A DNA stretch of 63,767 nucleotides, filler included, from Collodictyon triciliatum (taxonomy: Eukaryota), in NCBI GenBank assembly GCA_043381765.1. It is 5 parts of 5 records of this genome, joined end to end, with 100 filler letters (N's around TTAATTAATTAA, not from the genome) between each part and the next. Parts side by side here need not be neighbours in the genome. Positions count along the whole stretch, not along the records: positions 1 to 20,730 come from JBHJMP010001220.1; 4 more parts are not named here. One strand, given 5' to 3'. The position numbers were made by a program, and so were the translations under genes. The notes under the pieces are model-generated. The model was not told where the DNA came from and did not search any database. It was given only the letters and a program-made list of their open reading frames with translations. Of the stretch, positions 1-13,162 are shown in pieces (positions within the stretch are counted from its first letter, which is position 1; every line of letters starts with the position of its first letter).

Positions 1-149
1 AAAAAAAAAAACAAAAAAACAAAAAAACAAAAAAACAAAAAAACAAAAAAACAAAAAAAAAACAAAAAAACAAAAAAACAAAAAAACAAAAAAACAAAAA
101 AACAAAAAAACAAAAAAACAAAAAAACAAAAAACAAAAAACAAAAAAAA
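1..149. repeat. (AAAAAAAC/AAAAAAC)n A-rich microsatellite
   Basis: Directly visible tandem repeat at the window start. Confidence 0.9.
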
Positions 150-366
150 GACGCACTTCTTTTTCATTTGGTAGACATTACTTCAGAGTAAATCTCCTGT
201 TTTCTCTTTAGAATTGCACATTTTGTATTATAAGTGCACGTTGCGAATTCAAAATTGATGAAAACCTAGACTGTTCATGATAGTGCATTTACAAAATAAT
301 ATTTTTTCGAGTCTCAAATAAAAAGTTATTTACTGACATGCTATTCCCTTTTCGTATTTTTTTCAG

Positions 367-3300
367 CTTAGTACAAATCTTTCTCCTACAAATAAGCTGG
401 CCACAGCAATACCTCTTCTATGTGTACTATTTGCTAACATGATGAAAGAAGCTTATGAAGATTGGGTAATCATTTTTTTTTTTTACAGCACAAGAGAGTC
501 TCATGGTTCTTTTCTATCGATGCAATCAAACATATCTACCAATCCTATGTCAGCTATTTGTTTCTCTTAATCCTTGTGATATTTCATTTAAAGCTGTCTT
601 TATCACTGATGCCCTAACCTTAGTGTTTCACCCCTAATGTCAAAGTTAGTAACCGATTGATACCTTTACCCACATTCCCAGAGCCGACATATAGCTGACG
701 ATAAGCTCAATAATCAGAGATGTACGGTATTTCGAGATGGAGAGTTTCAAGAAATACTATGGAAAGAGATTGCTGTGGGGGATATTTGTGAAGTTCGTAA
801 CTCTGAAGAAGCACCAGCTGACCTGGTAGTCTTGTCATCTATGGAGAAAAACGGAGTCTTTTACGTCCAGACAGCTAATTTAGATGGGTTTGAATTATCC
901 ATCGAGTAGTCACTTTTGATTAAGAATATAATGGGATAGAAAATTTTTCATTTCAAAAAATAGCCTGTCTCATTTTGTGAATTACTATGATCCAGGGAGA
1001 GTAATTTGAAGACCCAGCTGGCCATCTCGCATTATTGCAAAATAGTGATGAATAGAGAAAATCAGGAGCTTGGAGGTGATAATCGCTTTCATGTTTAAAT
1101 GAATCTACCAAGATACCGAATTATTCATTACAAACGATGTAATTATAATCATGAGACCAATATCATGCTTTTCCAAAAAATTTATATGATTTCTCAATTC
1201 AGGCCACATAAACCATGAGCTTCCAAATAAAATGATACACGAATTCATTGGTACCTTGTACAAGGACGATATAGAATGTAATTTTAATGTTCAGTTCCTA
1301 TTTTACAGCCTTTCACGGTTGATGTTAGTTCATTAGTTCATTAGTTCATCGCCCTACAAATTTATCTTATATTTATCGTATCCTAATAATATATACCCTG
1401 GTATTTTGTTAAGGTCCGCTTAGTGCGAAAAACATGATGCTGCGGGGCATGGTTCTTCGAAACACATTAGCTGTTTATGGAGTGGTAGTATTTACGGGTC
1501 CAGAGACTAAAATGTCCATGAATTCTAGATCTGCACCGTCTAAACGTAGTGATCTAGAAAAGAATCTTAACATATCCCTTGGGTGCATTTTCCTCTGGTA
1601 AACCATTTTGTGACCTACCATATCAGTTTGAATAGCTGTATCTGGGCGTATCCGTCCTCAGTCTTAGTCAATATTTTCACATTTTTACCTGAACTAGCTT
1701 GTTGATTATTTGTGTGATATCCACACTTGCACACGCGAAGTGGGTTAAGGATAAGTATGCATTACAAGAGCAAAAATATCTCAACTTGATTTATCTATCT
1801 ATCTTTTATGTGTTCTCATTCTCTTAAAGCTCTAATTTTTTATTTTTATTTTTTACTAATGAACGACCTTGCATATTTTCAATGGATAGCACAAATACGC
1901 GTTACTTGATAACTGTAACGAATGAAAGCAACTTTGAATCCGCCACTGCATTTATAACCTTTCTCATTTTATTCAACAATCTTGTTCCTATCTCGTTGTA
2001 CATTTCAATAGAGTTGGTCAGGTAATGTCCAGATTTCAAAGGCGAATTGCGCAATTAGTATATTCTTTGTACATTAAGCGATCATTTTGTCTTACTTTTG
2101 GGCTCTCTTCATATCCATTAGATTTTATCAAGCTCGTTTGATAGAGTCTGACATTGACATGTATCATGAAACAACCGATTCTCCGGCTGTCGCACGAACA
2201 TCCAACTTGAATGAGGAACTGGGTCAGATAGAGTACATTTTTACGGATAAAACTGGTACTCTGACGTGCAATGAAATGGAATTTCGAAAGTGCAGTATCG
2301 GAGGCTGTGTTTATTATGTTGGAGACCCAGAAATGGCGAGGATTTACCTTATTGTACCCAGCACATAAGAAACATGATGACAAAGCCTTCTCTGCGAATA
2401 TTTTCTAAATTTGTTACATTTACTTCATATAATCACCACCATCAATAGAATGGAATCACTAGAAGCCAAGCTGCTACTTTAAAAAGCAGTAGGTTATCAG
2501 AACATTCTCCTATGGCGGTTATTGAAGAACACTCTCTTAAAGATAAAATCATATCGAACGCAAAGGATATTCACGAGTTCTTGATGGTATAGTTACTTTT
2601 ATATTAATTCATTTGAAAAAAAATAACATCAGTGAAGACATGGGATAACCTTTTAAACTTTGAAAAAAGATAATAGAGTTCGCCTAAAATTTTAAATTTC
2701 TTTTAATTTGGTGAATGTATTTGCCAGTGTTTGGTCATTTGTCACTCTGTGGTACCAGAAATTGTTTTACCACAAGACAAGACCGCCAAAAGTGATGGTT
2801 ATGAAGAACAGAAGATAACTTATCATTCTCACAGCGCTGATGAAATAGCCTTCGTCACGTATGCATGTTTCAATTTACCTTCTCATGTTTTTAGCAAATT
2901 GCGAAAGTAATAAAAAAAATGCATATGTTTACAAATATGTAACTTGACTGCAGGGCTGCCAGCAAGTTGGGGTATCAAATAGCGGAGCGAAATGGAGACC
3001 TTCGTCAGTTTTAGCACCCAACTACTTCATCAATTTTTCTCTGTGTTTAGTACCCACACAATCACAATATATTCATACTCATTTTTGTGTGATACAAATT
3101 ATAATACTTCTAAATAATTGCGCGCGCAGTGACTATTAAGGGCCCAACTTGGGTAGAAACAATAAAAATTCTTGTTATCAATGAATTCACAAGTTCGAGG
3201 AAGAGAATGTCCGTTATTTGTCAACGTGAAGATGGGAGAGTCCATTTGTATTGCAAAGTATTTCTTATCATATTCTTATATTGAGGACCTTTGTTAATCT

Positions 3301-6300
3301 GTATAGTATGAATCATAAACGCACATGCTCAATTTACCTATTCATCAAATTTTAAAGGGGGCCGACTCGGCCATGATACCAAGAATCCAAAAGAATTCTG
3401 ATTTATTGGGCAGAACCAAGAATCATATAGACCATTTTGCCATCGAAGGCCTTCGGACGCTTGTTTTAGCAAAGGTTCTTCTTTACGAAGACGATAGACC
3501 GAAAACAAACGCAAATCTATCCTCTTATCCTTTTCCTATCATGCTATCCTCTACAAAACAAGACTAAAGTCCAATGTCATCATAGGCCACACTTGACTAC
3601 GAATTCTTTGAATTTTGGAAGGAGAAGTACATTCATGCAGCAGCGTCGATGACCGCACGAGAAATACATATGGCAGAGGTTTAGAATTGATGCACATGAA
3701 AAATGAATGTGTTTAAAGTTTGATCTATCCACTGACTTTGTCTGATATGTCCATAAAAAAAAACGCACGTATAAAAAAGATTGCAGATTTAATCGAAAGG
3801 GACCTTGAGCTATTGGGCGCATCCGCGGTCGAAGATACACTTCAGGGAGGTGTTTCTGAATCCATCACTAAGTTATTACAATCAGGTAATCCTTCTACTC
3901 CCATACACATGTATATTTTTTTTAAAAAAAAGAATAATAATCAAAGGAGTTTCTTAATAGTGATAGAAAATTTAATTTCTGAATGCACATACATGTGAAA
4001 TGTCCCTTTTCTTGTCTAGACTTGGAGTTCATATTCAAATTACCTTTTATAAAGGAATAAAGCTATGGGTTCTGACCGGCGATAAACAAGAAACTGCAAT
4101 AAATGTGGCATATTCATCCAATCTTTTTGAACGAGAGATGGGCTTATTGGTTTTGAATTACTCTGGAGAAGAAGATGTTGCTACTGGCCTCTTACAAGCT
4201 CGACAAGAGGCTGAGCAGCATTTTGTAACAATTTCGGATTCACTTCTAGCAATCACTTTTTCAGCATATACGTTCATTCCGCATCATAACACATTAAACA
4301 AAAAGGTTGAAAGTCGGAAAATTGCTCTCGTCGTTGACGGAAGGTCACTCGAGTACATCATGGGAGATAGAGATAATCAATTTTGCTTCCTTGAAATAGC
4401 CAAATTATGTGCTGCTGTAGTGGCATGTAGAGTCAGGTCGGTTCTGCATCAGCTGCAAAGTTGATTTCATTTTTCAATATGTCGGGTTAATATAATAATA
4501 ACATTGTCCTGAGGTTCAAACATGCGATTTTTTTCATATTGAATTCATAATTATATTGGTTTAAAATCCATATCCAGTCCCATCCAGAAGGCTAGTATCG
4601 TGCGGATGGTAAAGGACATAGTCAAACCTGAGGTTTCTCTCTTATAGTTTATAGACTTTATGAATGTAATCTTTATACGACCAGCCGTCAAAGAAAACAC
4701 ACTACTACCTTCTTTCATTAACACTCTCCCCCTACAGCCAATCACCCTGGCCATTGGTGATGGAGCAAACGACGTCAGTATGATACAAGAGGCTCACATA
4801 GGAGTTGGTAATTGCAGGCATACCAATGCATATACATTAAAAAAGGAAAATATTTCTTTGATTTCCGAGTTGGAGGTTTTTTTTTTTTTTAGATTATACC
4901 ATGAAAACGACAATAGGGATAACCGGTAAAGAAGGAACTCAGGCCGTTCAAAGCAGTGATTTTGCAATTGCACAATTCAGATATTTGACCAGGCTCCTGC
5001 TGGTAAACCATTCGATTAAAATTTTAAAATTTTAATTTTTTTTTCATTTGTTGGTAGGAAAAGTAATCGCAATTCCTTTTTTTCTCAAAAAAAAAAAAGG
5101 TTCATGGCCGATGGAGTTACATGCGATTGTCAAAGCTCATATTATATTCATTCTATAAGAATATGACATTTGTTTTGACCTTATTCTACTTTGTGTTCCA
5201 AAACGGGTTTTCTGGAACAACGTTGTACGAAAGCTGGCTGGGTGCTGGCTGGAATGTGGGTTGGACTTTATTGCCTGTGATTTTTGTCGGTATTTTGGAT
5301 CAAGATGTCAGGTAGAAATTCAATATATGTATGAAATCAAACATCATGAATACCTGGTGTTTCACATAAAATTTTATAACATAAATAGTATTGCTGTTGT
5401 GAAGCTAAACTTCTCACATTAATTTATTAGTGATTTAACCGCACAATCTCACCCTTTTCTATATCGCCATGGACAAGCCAAAGTATTTCTAATTTCTTTC
5501 TCTGTTTTCCACTTGATTTCCTTTTTTTTTTATGCTTTTTTTTAAATAATAATATTCGTTTTTTGAAATTAATCCAAGAAATTAATCAGTCAATTACGGT
5601 AATAGCTTGGTTTCAGTATATGGACTTTTTTGCAATGGTCTTCGGCAGGGCTTATCCACTCGCTGATCGTTTATTTCTTTGGTGTATATTCCTATCGGGT
5701 TTGTTGGGATTATACAATATCCCTAATACAAGATATTATATTACTATCTGGTTTCAAACATCTTTGTTCTTATACTTATGATTATCTGTAAGATATGGCC
5801 TCTTACTCTACATGCTATTTATATGTTTATTACCTAAATACCAATTGATAGGGAATTACTTCGGTAGACGGTAAAAGTGATGGTCTATTCTCCATGGGTA
5901 CCATGATAAACTGTGTATTGATGCTGACAGTCAACTTAAAGGTAAATGATGACACCTTTAATTTTAATTACACAAAGAAAAGAGAAGAGAAGTGGCCATC
6001 CGAATCATATTGTACGTTGTTCATACCCATGCTTTTTTTTTTTATAGATTCTAGTAAATTAACTATGATTATACCGCCAAATATGAAATCAGATTTCCAT
6101 GGAAACACTTTACTGGACCTGGGTAAACTTTTTCGCTGTTGGTTGGAGCATTGTACTATGGTTCTCATTTTCAATACTATATTCCGATGCATTGGACATA
6201 AGTTCAGATTTTTACGACGTGGGCATAAGGATTTTTCAAAAGTATGGACTTGTAATCGTACCCCCAGCTTTATAAATTCCATTTATAGAACAGTATTTTG

Positions 6301-9300
6301 GTTGGTTTTCATTTATACAAATAATTATTTTTTTTTTAAAAAAACACAACAAAAAAAATGTATAGGTATATGTTCTGGGCCAGCATTCCTCTAATACCAG
6401 TCACATGTTTTCTAGTAGATATGGCTCTTAAAGCGTAAAAATTATCGTTCACATCCAATTGTGTTTTTAGAGATAAATGCAAAGCGTATACCATGTTGCC
6501 CTTTCTAAAACTATTTTGAGATTTAATACCATTCTCTCTCTTTTTTTAATCAGGGTGAGAAAGCTTTATTTTCCAAATCCTATCGATATAATCCGTGAGA
6601 TACAGCTGACAGAATTGTAATTTTGATGATTTGAATATTACTGATATCACTGGCCAGTGTATTATATCATGCCAAGAACTCATAATGAAATTCAAATTGG
6701 ATAGGACACTTGGCGATGAACCAATGCGTTCATCTCAAAGGGCGCACGACTCAGTCCTGCGCAGAAGTGCCTCGAGAAGGCCACGATCTATTATACCGAG
6801 ACTCATATCATCTTTGAACATGAAGTAAGTTTACCCATATGCCTCAGATGAATTTTTATTTTAATAAAGAATTCAATATCATTCTTTATGAATAAATTTA
6901 TGTGACCCGATACTTACAAAAATATTCAAAATAAAACTTGAAAAGCGAAACGGATATGACAGGATATGTATGTATTCAATCACTCTATAGTAAAGATATT
7001 ATATGATTTTCTGGACCAACTCGTTTTGTTAAAAATAAGAGATCTTTGCCTCGCAGATGAATCGAAAATTTGAAAAGTCGATCAGAACACAGATGAATTC
7101 TTACACACTTGAATTTCAGAATGATGAAAAAATTGAATCACAATTTAGGGTTAATACAAAAACATCAATAATAGCTTACTATGATTATGATTATTATGAT
7201 TATTATGATTATTTTGTCGCGACTCTCATTTCCATTCTCATTTCCATTCTCATTTCCATTCTCATTTTCATCCCCATTTACAACCATCATCACTCTTCAT
7301 GGCGCATTAAAACTCACTTAATAGGACTACTATTACATGGTATCTGTAAATCAAACCCGGGGCTCCTTAGTTTTGATTTTGATTATATTTATCATTTACA
7401 AGTATGGATTTTCCTCGTTTGGATACGAAAATAACCCAGTCCCAGGTTCATATGGAGTAGCAGTCCTCATTTTTTGTGGTGAGCTCTTGCCTGCATACCT
7501 GTGATAACAAATTTCTCATCACCCTTACGAATAAGTAGTACCGATGAAATATCTTCACAAAATTATTTAATTGACCAAGTAACTACTCTTCCAATCTAGT
7601 GTGCTTTGTTTTGTTCTGTTTGACTCGGTATCTGCGTTATGTTTATCAGCCACTACTTTTTGCGGGCTTGCTGTGTTCTAGTATTTTCAAAGTAACATTT
7701 ATATATTCTTCTAATTCTCGAGAATAACTAACTTATGGACTCTGCTTTTGATAACAGTCTTGATAATTAAATACAATCCCGATCTTTAATTTTTTTATAT
7801 CAATAAGACCATATCTATTGATGAAAGTGGAATCATTTCGGCAACAAACTTTTCTATCATTGCATTCATTGTCTTGAGACTACGTCTCAAATACGCATTC
7901 CTTGTGGCTTTATTTGATATGCTATTTTACCTTACATTTGTCGCCACGTGAGTGAAATATTAACCCATTTCCAAATTTAACTGACCATTCAAAATGTGAC
8001 ACAATATCTATATATGTTACTCAAAATGTTGAACAAAATCAATAGGTATGTACAAATCGGACCTATGAAGCTGATTGTTTACGCTATCGTTTTATCATGC
8101 ATATTTTGTCTCGGTGCTATCAGTGCTTACAATAACGAAGTTGGGATTCGAAGAGACTTTTTGTTGCAACAAGAATTGAATGTTGAAAGAGAACAATCAA
8201 AAGTACCTACCTTGAAATTATTATCATTATTATTATTTACATATTTAGAATAATTTTTAAGAATTTTTTTTAAAAAAATTGTATCAGAGCATTAATACGT
8301 TGCGTTTGTGCATATTTAAATCCTTTACAAACCATACATTCAGGGAATATTAGAGAACATGTTGCCTCCATTCATAACCAGGAGAATGCAACAAGGAGAA
8401 AAAATCATCGCCAATGCAGAGGTTTAGTTAATCACATACTATTTTCACATATATTTTTTTGTTTTTGATATATGTACGTATAATCTCATTCTCTATAAAT
8501 ACTTTAGGAAGAAGTTTCTGTACTTTTCTGTGACATACAGGACTTCAACAAACTTGTTTTCGATTTGAAACCGAACGAGTTTGTCAGTTTGTTGGACAGA
8601 ATCTATACGAGATTTGACAAACTGAGTACGCGTCGTTCTGTTCGAAAAATGGAGACGGTTGGCCCGACATATATGGTAGAATGATTAATCATTTTTTCGT
8701 TTAAACTGTAAACAATAATTTAATTATAAAAATTCTAAGGGATGTAGTTAGTTGTTATGTTATGTATAGTAGAAGTTTATTGAGATATTCAACATCTTAT
8801 TAATTTCACAGTTTAATGTGATAGTGTAAATTTAGAAGAAGAAAAAAATAACATATTAATATATATCCCTCTTATATGTCTACAACATAGGCGTGTGCTG
8901 GTCTCCAAGATTCCAACAATAGTCATGCTTTGGCTGTATGTCAGTTAGCTTTCGATATGCTGGATGAAATATCAAACTTTCAAACACCAAAGGGAGAACA
9001 GATAAGGTTAATTTCTTATTCTAATAATCCGTGCCGTTATCTGGAGCATATCAATATATATGTAGCTGTTTGCCCTACTCCTAATGCTTTGATTGTATTC
9101 AATCTCAGAATCCGAATAGGCGTCAATACAGGAAGAGTAATATCAGGCGTTGTTGGGTATAAGAAGCCACAATTTTGCCTTTTTGGTGACACTGTGAGAA
9201 TTACATTCAAATTTCAACAAAAAGAAATAAACATAAAGAATGATTGATATGATTGTTTTTCTTTAACAAGCCCAGTGATAATATGATAGAACTTGGCAAT

Positions 9301-12300
9301 AATATATTGTATATTCATGTGTAAACATATATAGGTTAATACAGCATCACGGATGCAATCTACAGGGATAATTTCATCCATTCAAGTTTCGGAGTCTACA
9401 TTTAAGCTACTTCAGGGATACTATGATGGCGAACCCAGAAAGGTATGACGAAAGGGGCTTATTTGAAAGGAAGAACTAATGATAATAAATCAAAAATACT
9501 CGATAATATTCAATTAATTTGTTACTGAAAATGAAGGTATAAGTATTTCTATTTCATTAATACGTATGTTGTTATTTATTTATTTATTTATTTATTTATT
9601 ATTATTATTATTACTATTTCAACCAAAAAGCTTAATTATATTTTTGTCAGGTCTATGTGAAAGGAAAGGGAGAAATGACTACTTTCATATTATCGAAGCG
9701 AAGACCCTTGACAGTTGCTGGATTATCTCTCAATCTGACAATGCTTGTAAGGCTTCATGACTCACTTCGAATAGACAAAAATAGTTATGGTAACTTGGTC
9801 AATTTTATACGAAACAGTGGATAAAAAGTAGTTAATTTTTCTTCTCTTATTGAAATAGACACAACAGAGCCTGGAGATTAAATCAGAAATGCAAATCCCT
9901 AAGGAAAATGTGATCCATAAATAAAATTTTCAGTTTTAGAATAACACTACTTCCTGATCTGGCCAAAAAGCCACTTTTTACCTTGTCAAGTCATCATTCT
10001 ACGAAATACTAGTTCATTTTATTAAACAAATTTAATATCTAAGGAAAATCATGCTTCAAAAAATGTTGATGAAAGGGAAAAGATTCCAATGAACATGATT
10101 ACCCTCCGATTTTCTGGGGACCGTAGACTAGAGGACGAATATCAAGTAGAAGTTAGAAAATTGATGGTCCATCAAGTGCGCTCATGCCTTGTTATTCTTA
10201 TAATTGGGTAAGACTTGCCTTATTTATGAAAATTCTTTGAGCGTTAAAACCATAAAATCTCGATTGCACAAAATTTGTGTAGATTCCTTGGGTCGTCTAT
10301 CTTCGAGCTCTTGAACGAGAGTAAAGTTAATAATATTCTGGCTGGTATATTCACGCGCCTTGGATTTATAGGTATGCCCATTAGTAAATAAAAAAAAAAC
10401 CTTGGCTACGGGTTCTTTTTTTTTCTCCTTTTGTCCTATAGGCTTTTAATGAGCTAAGGAGGATTTTTTTTTTATTATTTAACCATGGACAGAAATAATA
10501 TACCTCAAATTTGGTTACATATCCCAGTATTTCTGGTATTCTGCTATCATTTTTCGAAGACGCCTCGGTTTATCCACAACCCCCAAAAATACGCATTTGC
10601 AATATACACCCTGGAGGGAATAATAGTCACTGCAGTCAGTGTAATTAAGGTATTTTATATACTTTCCTTCGAAGAAACGTTATCTATTGCCACCATTCAC
10701 CCTGGAATAAAACAAAAGGGAAAAAAATCTATCATCATAAGTTATGATGTTTTACCTTTAATTTTTCTTTGTAAATTACTGTAGACTCCACTTATTTTTG
10801 ATTTTCATACCGGCTAATCTTATTATTTGCTCTTAAATCTAATATCGTCATATGAAGAATATTATATATACCCTGGATGATAGCTATGCTATACTGACCG
10901 ACAATCGTATATCAGACTGAAAAACTCGGGGAGTTGACAGCCTTAAGTGTAATCATTTCTCTCTATGTGGTGTTCAACATTGGCGGAATTTCATTTACTT
11001 ACGCCATGTGTTCATCCTTCATCACAACTCTGGCCTTTTCGTTGATTGGTATCGGCGCAGAATATTTCACAGACGAAAGTGAAGAGTCGAATTATCCATT
11101 CGAATTTTATGTTCTTTTTGTGGTCCTTGCGTTGATTGTTGACGCTGCATCTACCAGAACCAAGGTTTCCTTTAAAAAATTTTAAAAAAATCATTTAGTT
11201 CCAATCAAGGTAAACCAGTTGGCGGAGCTATGTTAGGATTATTTTTTTTTTATTTTTTTTACTTGATTGAATGTAGGAATTTTACATGCGCCGCAATTTT
11301 GCTCTTATAAGTTCAATTAAGAGTGAGACAAAGAAGTCTGATGAACTTTTGCATAACATGCTTCCTGGTCCCGTTGTCAGTCAGTTAAAGGCAAGACACT
11401 GGCACCCCAGTGACAAAAGATGATTTATATCTTACATATCCTTTTTTTTTTTTTTTTGAATGTGTATGTGTTTATATCCCTCACGGAGGAATATATCTGC
11501 ATCATATAGTCAGGAAGAAGTACAATAGCCGATATTCATGAGAATGTGGCCATTCTGTTTTCAGATATCGTTGGATTTACTGATAAGGCATCCCGCAGTG
11601 ACCCAGCCAAAGTAAGAATTTTTTTTCATGTACAAATCTCTCATAGATGCATTCGCTCAATTATATCCTGTGTGATGAAGTAATTAACTTGCTCATCTTT
11701 TCCCCTTTAAATACATACGCAGATTGTGGAACTTCTATCATCCATGTTTGGCATATTTGATGCTCTCACCGAAAAACATGGTGTCTACAAAGTCGAAACG
11801 TTTGCTTTTTTCCCTTTTAATCAGAGAATTCCACTTCATTATCGTTCGACTTTACACTTTTTTCCAATCAAATAGGCATAGATTCTTTGATACAATTTTA
11901 CTAAATAGACCATATTTGTAGAATTGGGGATGCTTATGTTGTGGTTGCAGGACTTCCAGCGTCGGCCAATAGCCTCGACCCTGAAGTCGAGAAGCGGCCA
12001 CCAGCAGAACGAATGATTCTATTTGCCCTAGATATGCAGCGAGCGGTTTGTTTCCCCACAAGAAATTCAACCAATTTGCTTAATTTATCTGATACGGAAA
12101 TGACTCTATTTGTGTCCCATACAAAGTTACGAGACATTCGCACATTCGACGGAGAAGAAGTCCGAATCAGGATAGGTATACACTATGGCCGGTTACTGGC
12201 AGGTTGGTGGGATGCTTCTTTACCAAATCGATATATTCAATATAACAATAACAATAATAATAATAAAAAAATAAAAAAGCTTTTAAATGAGCTAACTAGA

Positions 12301-12759
12301 CCTTGATCGAAACCTAATTTCATTTTTTTTTTTTTAAGCAATCTGTTAGCAACCCATTTCTAATGTCACATCCTTTAATCCCTTTTATTTGACCAAGTTT
12401 GTCTCTGACCGTATATATACCCAATGAAGGAGTCATAGGCCGAACGATTTTAAGGTATGATATCTGGGGTGGCGATGTATTAATTGCAGCGTCAATGGAA
12501 TCCCGCTCTGTTGCTGGTAGGTCTTTTAATTCAACCGCGAATAACATATAGATATTCTGTTTTCTTCTATCTCAACTTTTCTGAAGGCCTGTGCAATGCC
12601 ATAATGTGTCTTAATTTCATCCCAGGCCGGATACACGTGACCCAAGAATTCAAGGAGCAAGTCGAGCGCATCTATGAGTTTGAAGACCGCGGGGAGTCTG
12701 TCCTTTCCAGCGGGCGAGTAAACCACACATTCTTTGTCAAGTCTGAACAAAACCCGTGA
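367..12759 (+). CDS. P4-type ATPase (phospholipid flippase)-guanylyl cyclase fusion protein, multi-exon, 5' end outside the window
   Basis: Spliced exons give P4-ATPase motifs: [128 protein letters not shown]. The frame continues through hydrophobic exons into two class III cyclase domains. C1: [43 protein letters not shown]2: [44 protein letters not shown]. Stop TGA at 12757-12759. Confidence 0.93.
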
Positions 12760-13162
12760 ATAAAAGCCTGGAGCAAGAAAATATCGAATCCCAAATCAGA
12801 GGAAATCGTGGCCATCCTGTCTCAAGCCTTTTCCAGAATTAGTGCGTTGCCAGTTAGTATGCTTCCTTATTTGATACCTTCCAATACAAGAAACCCTTCT
12901 TCTTTCGGAATTCAGAGGGCAGAATCCGTCTGCTTTGTATCACCCAAAACCACTCATAAATCCTAGCGGACTCAAACACTTCAGTCATCCAACACTCACG
13001 CCGACGCAACCAAAACACAGGTTGCCTCGGGAAAGCGTGATTGAAGTCTAAAATAAAAAACAAAAAACAAATAAAAAAACAAACAGTATAATGTGTGTAG
13101 TAAAGAACAAAATGAATACAAACCAAAGAAAATATTAAAGCTTGGTTGACGATAACACCAGA

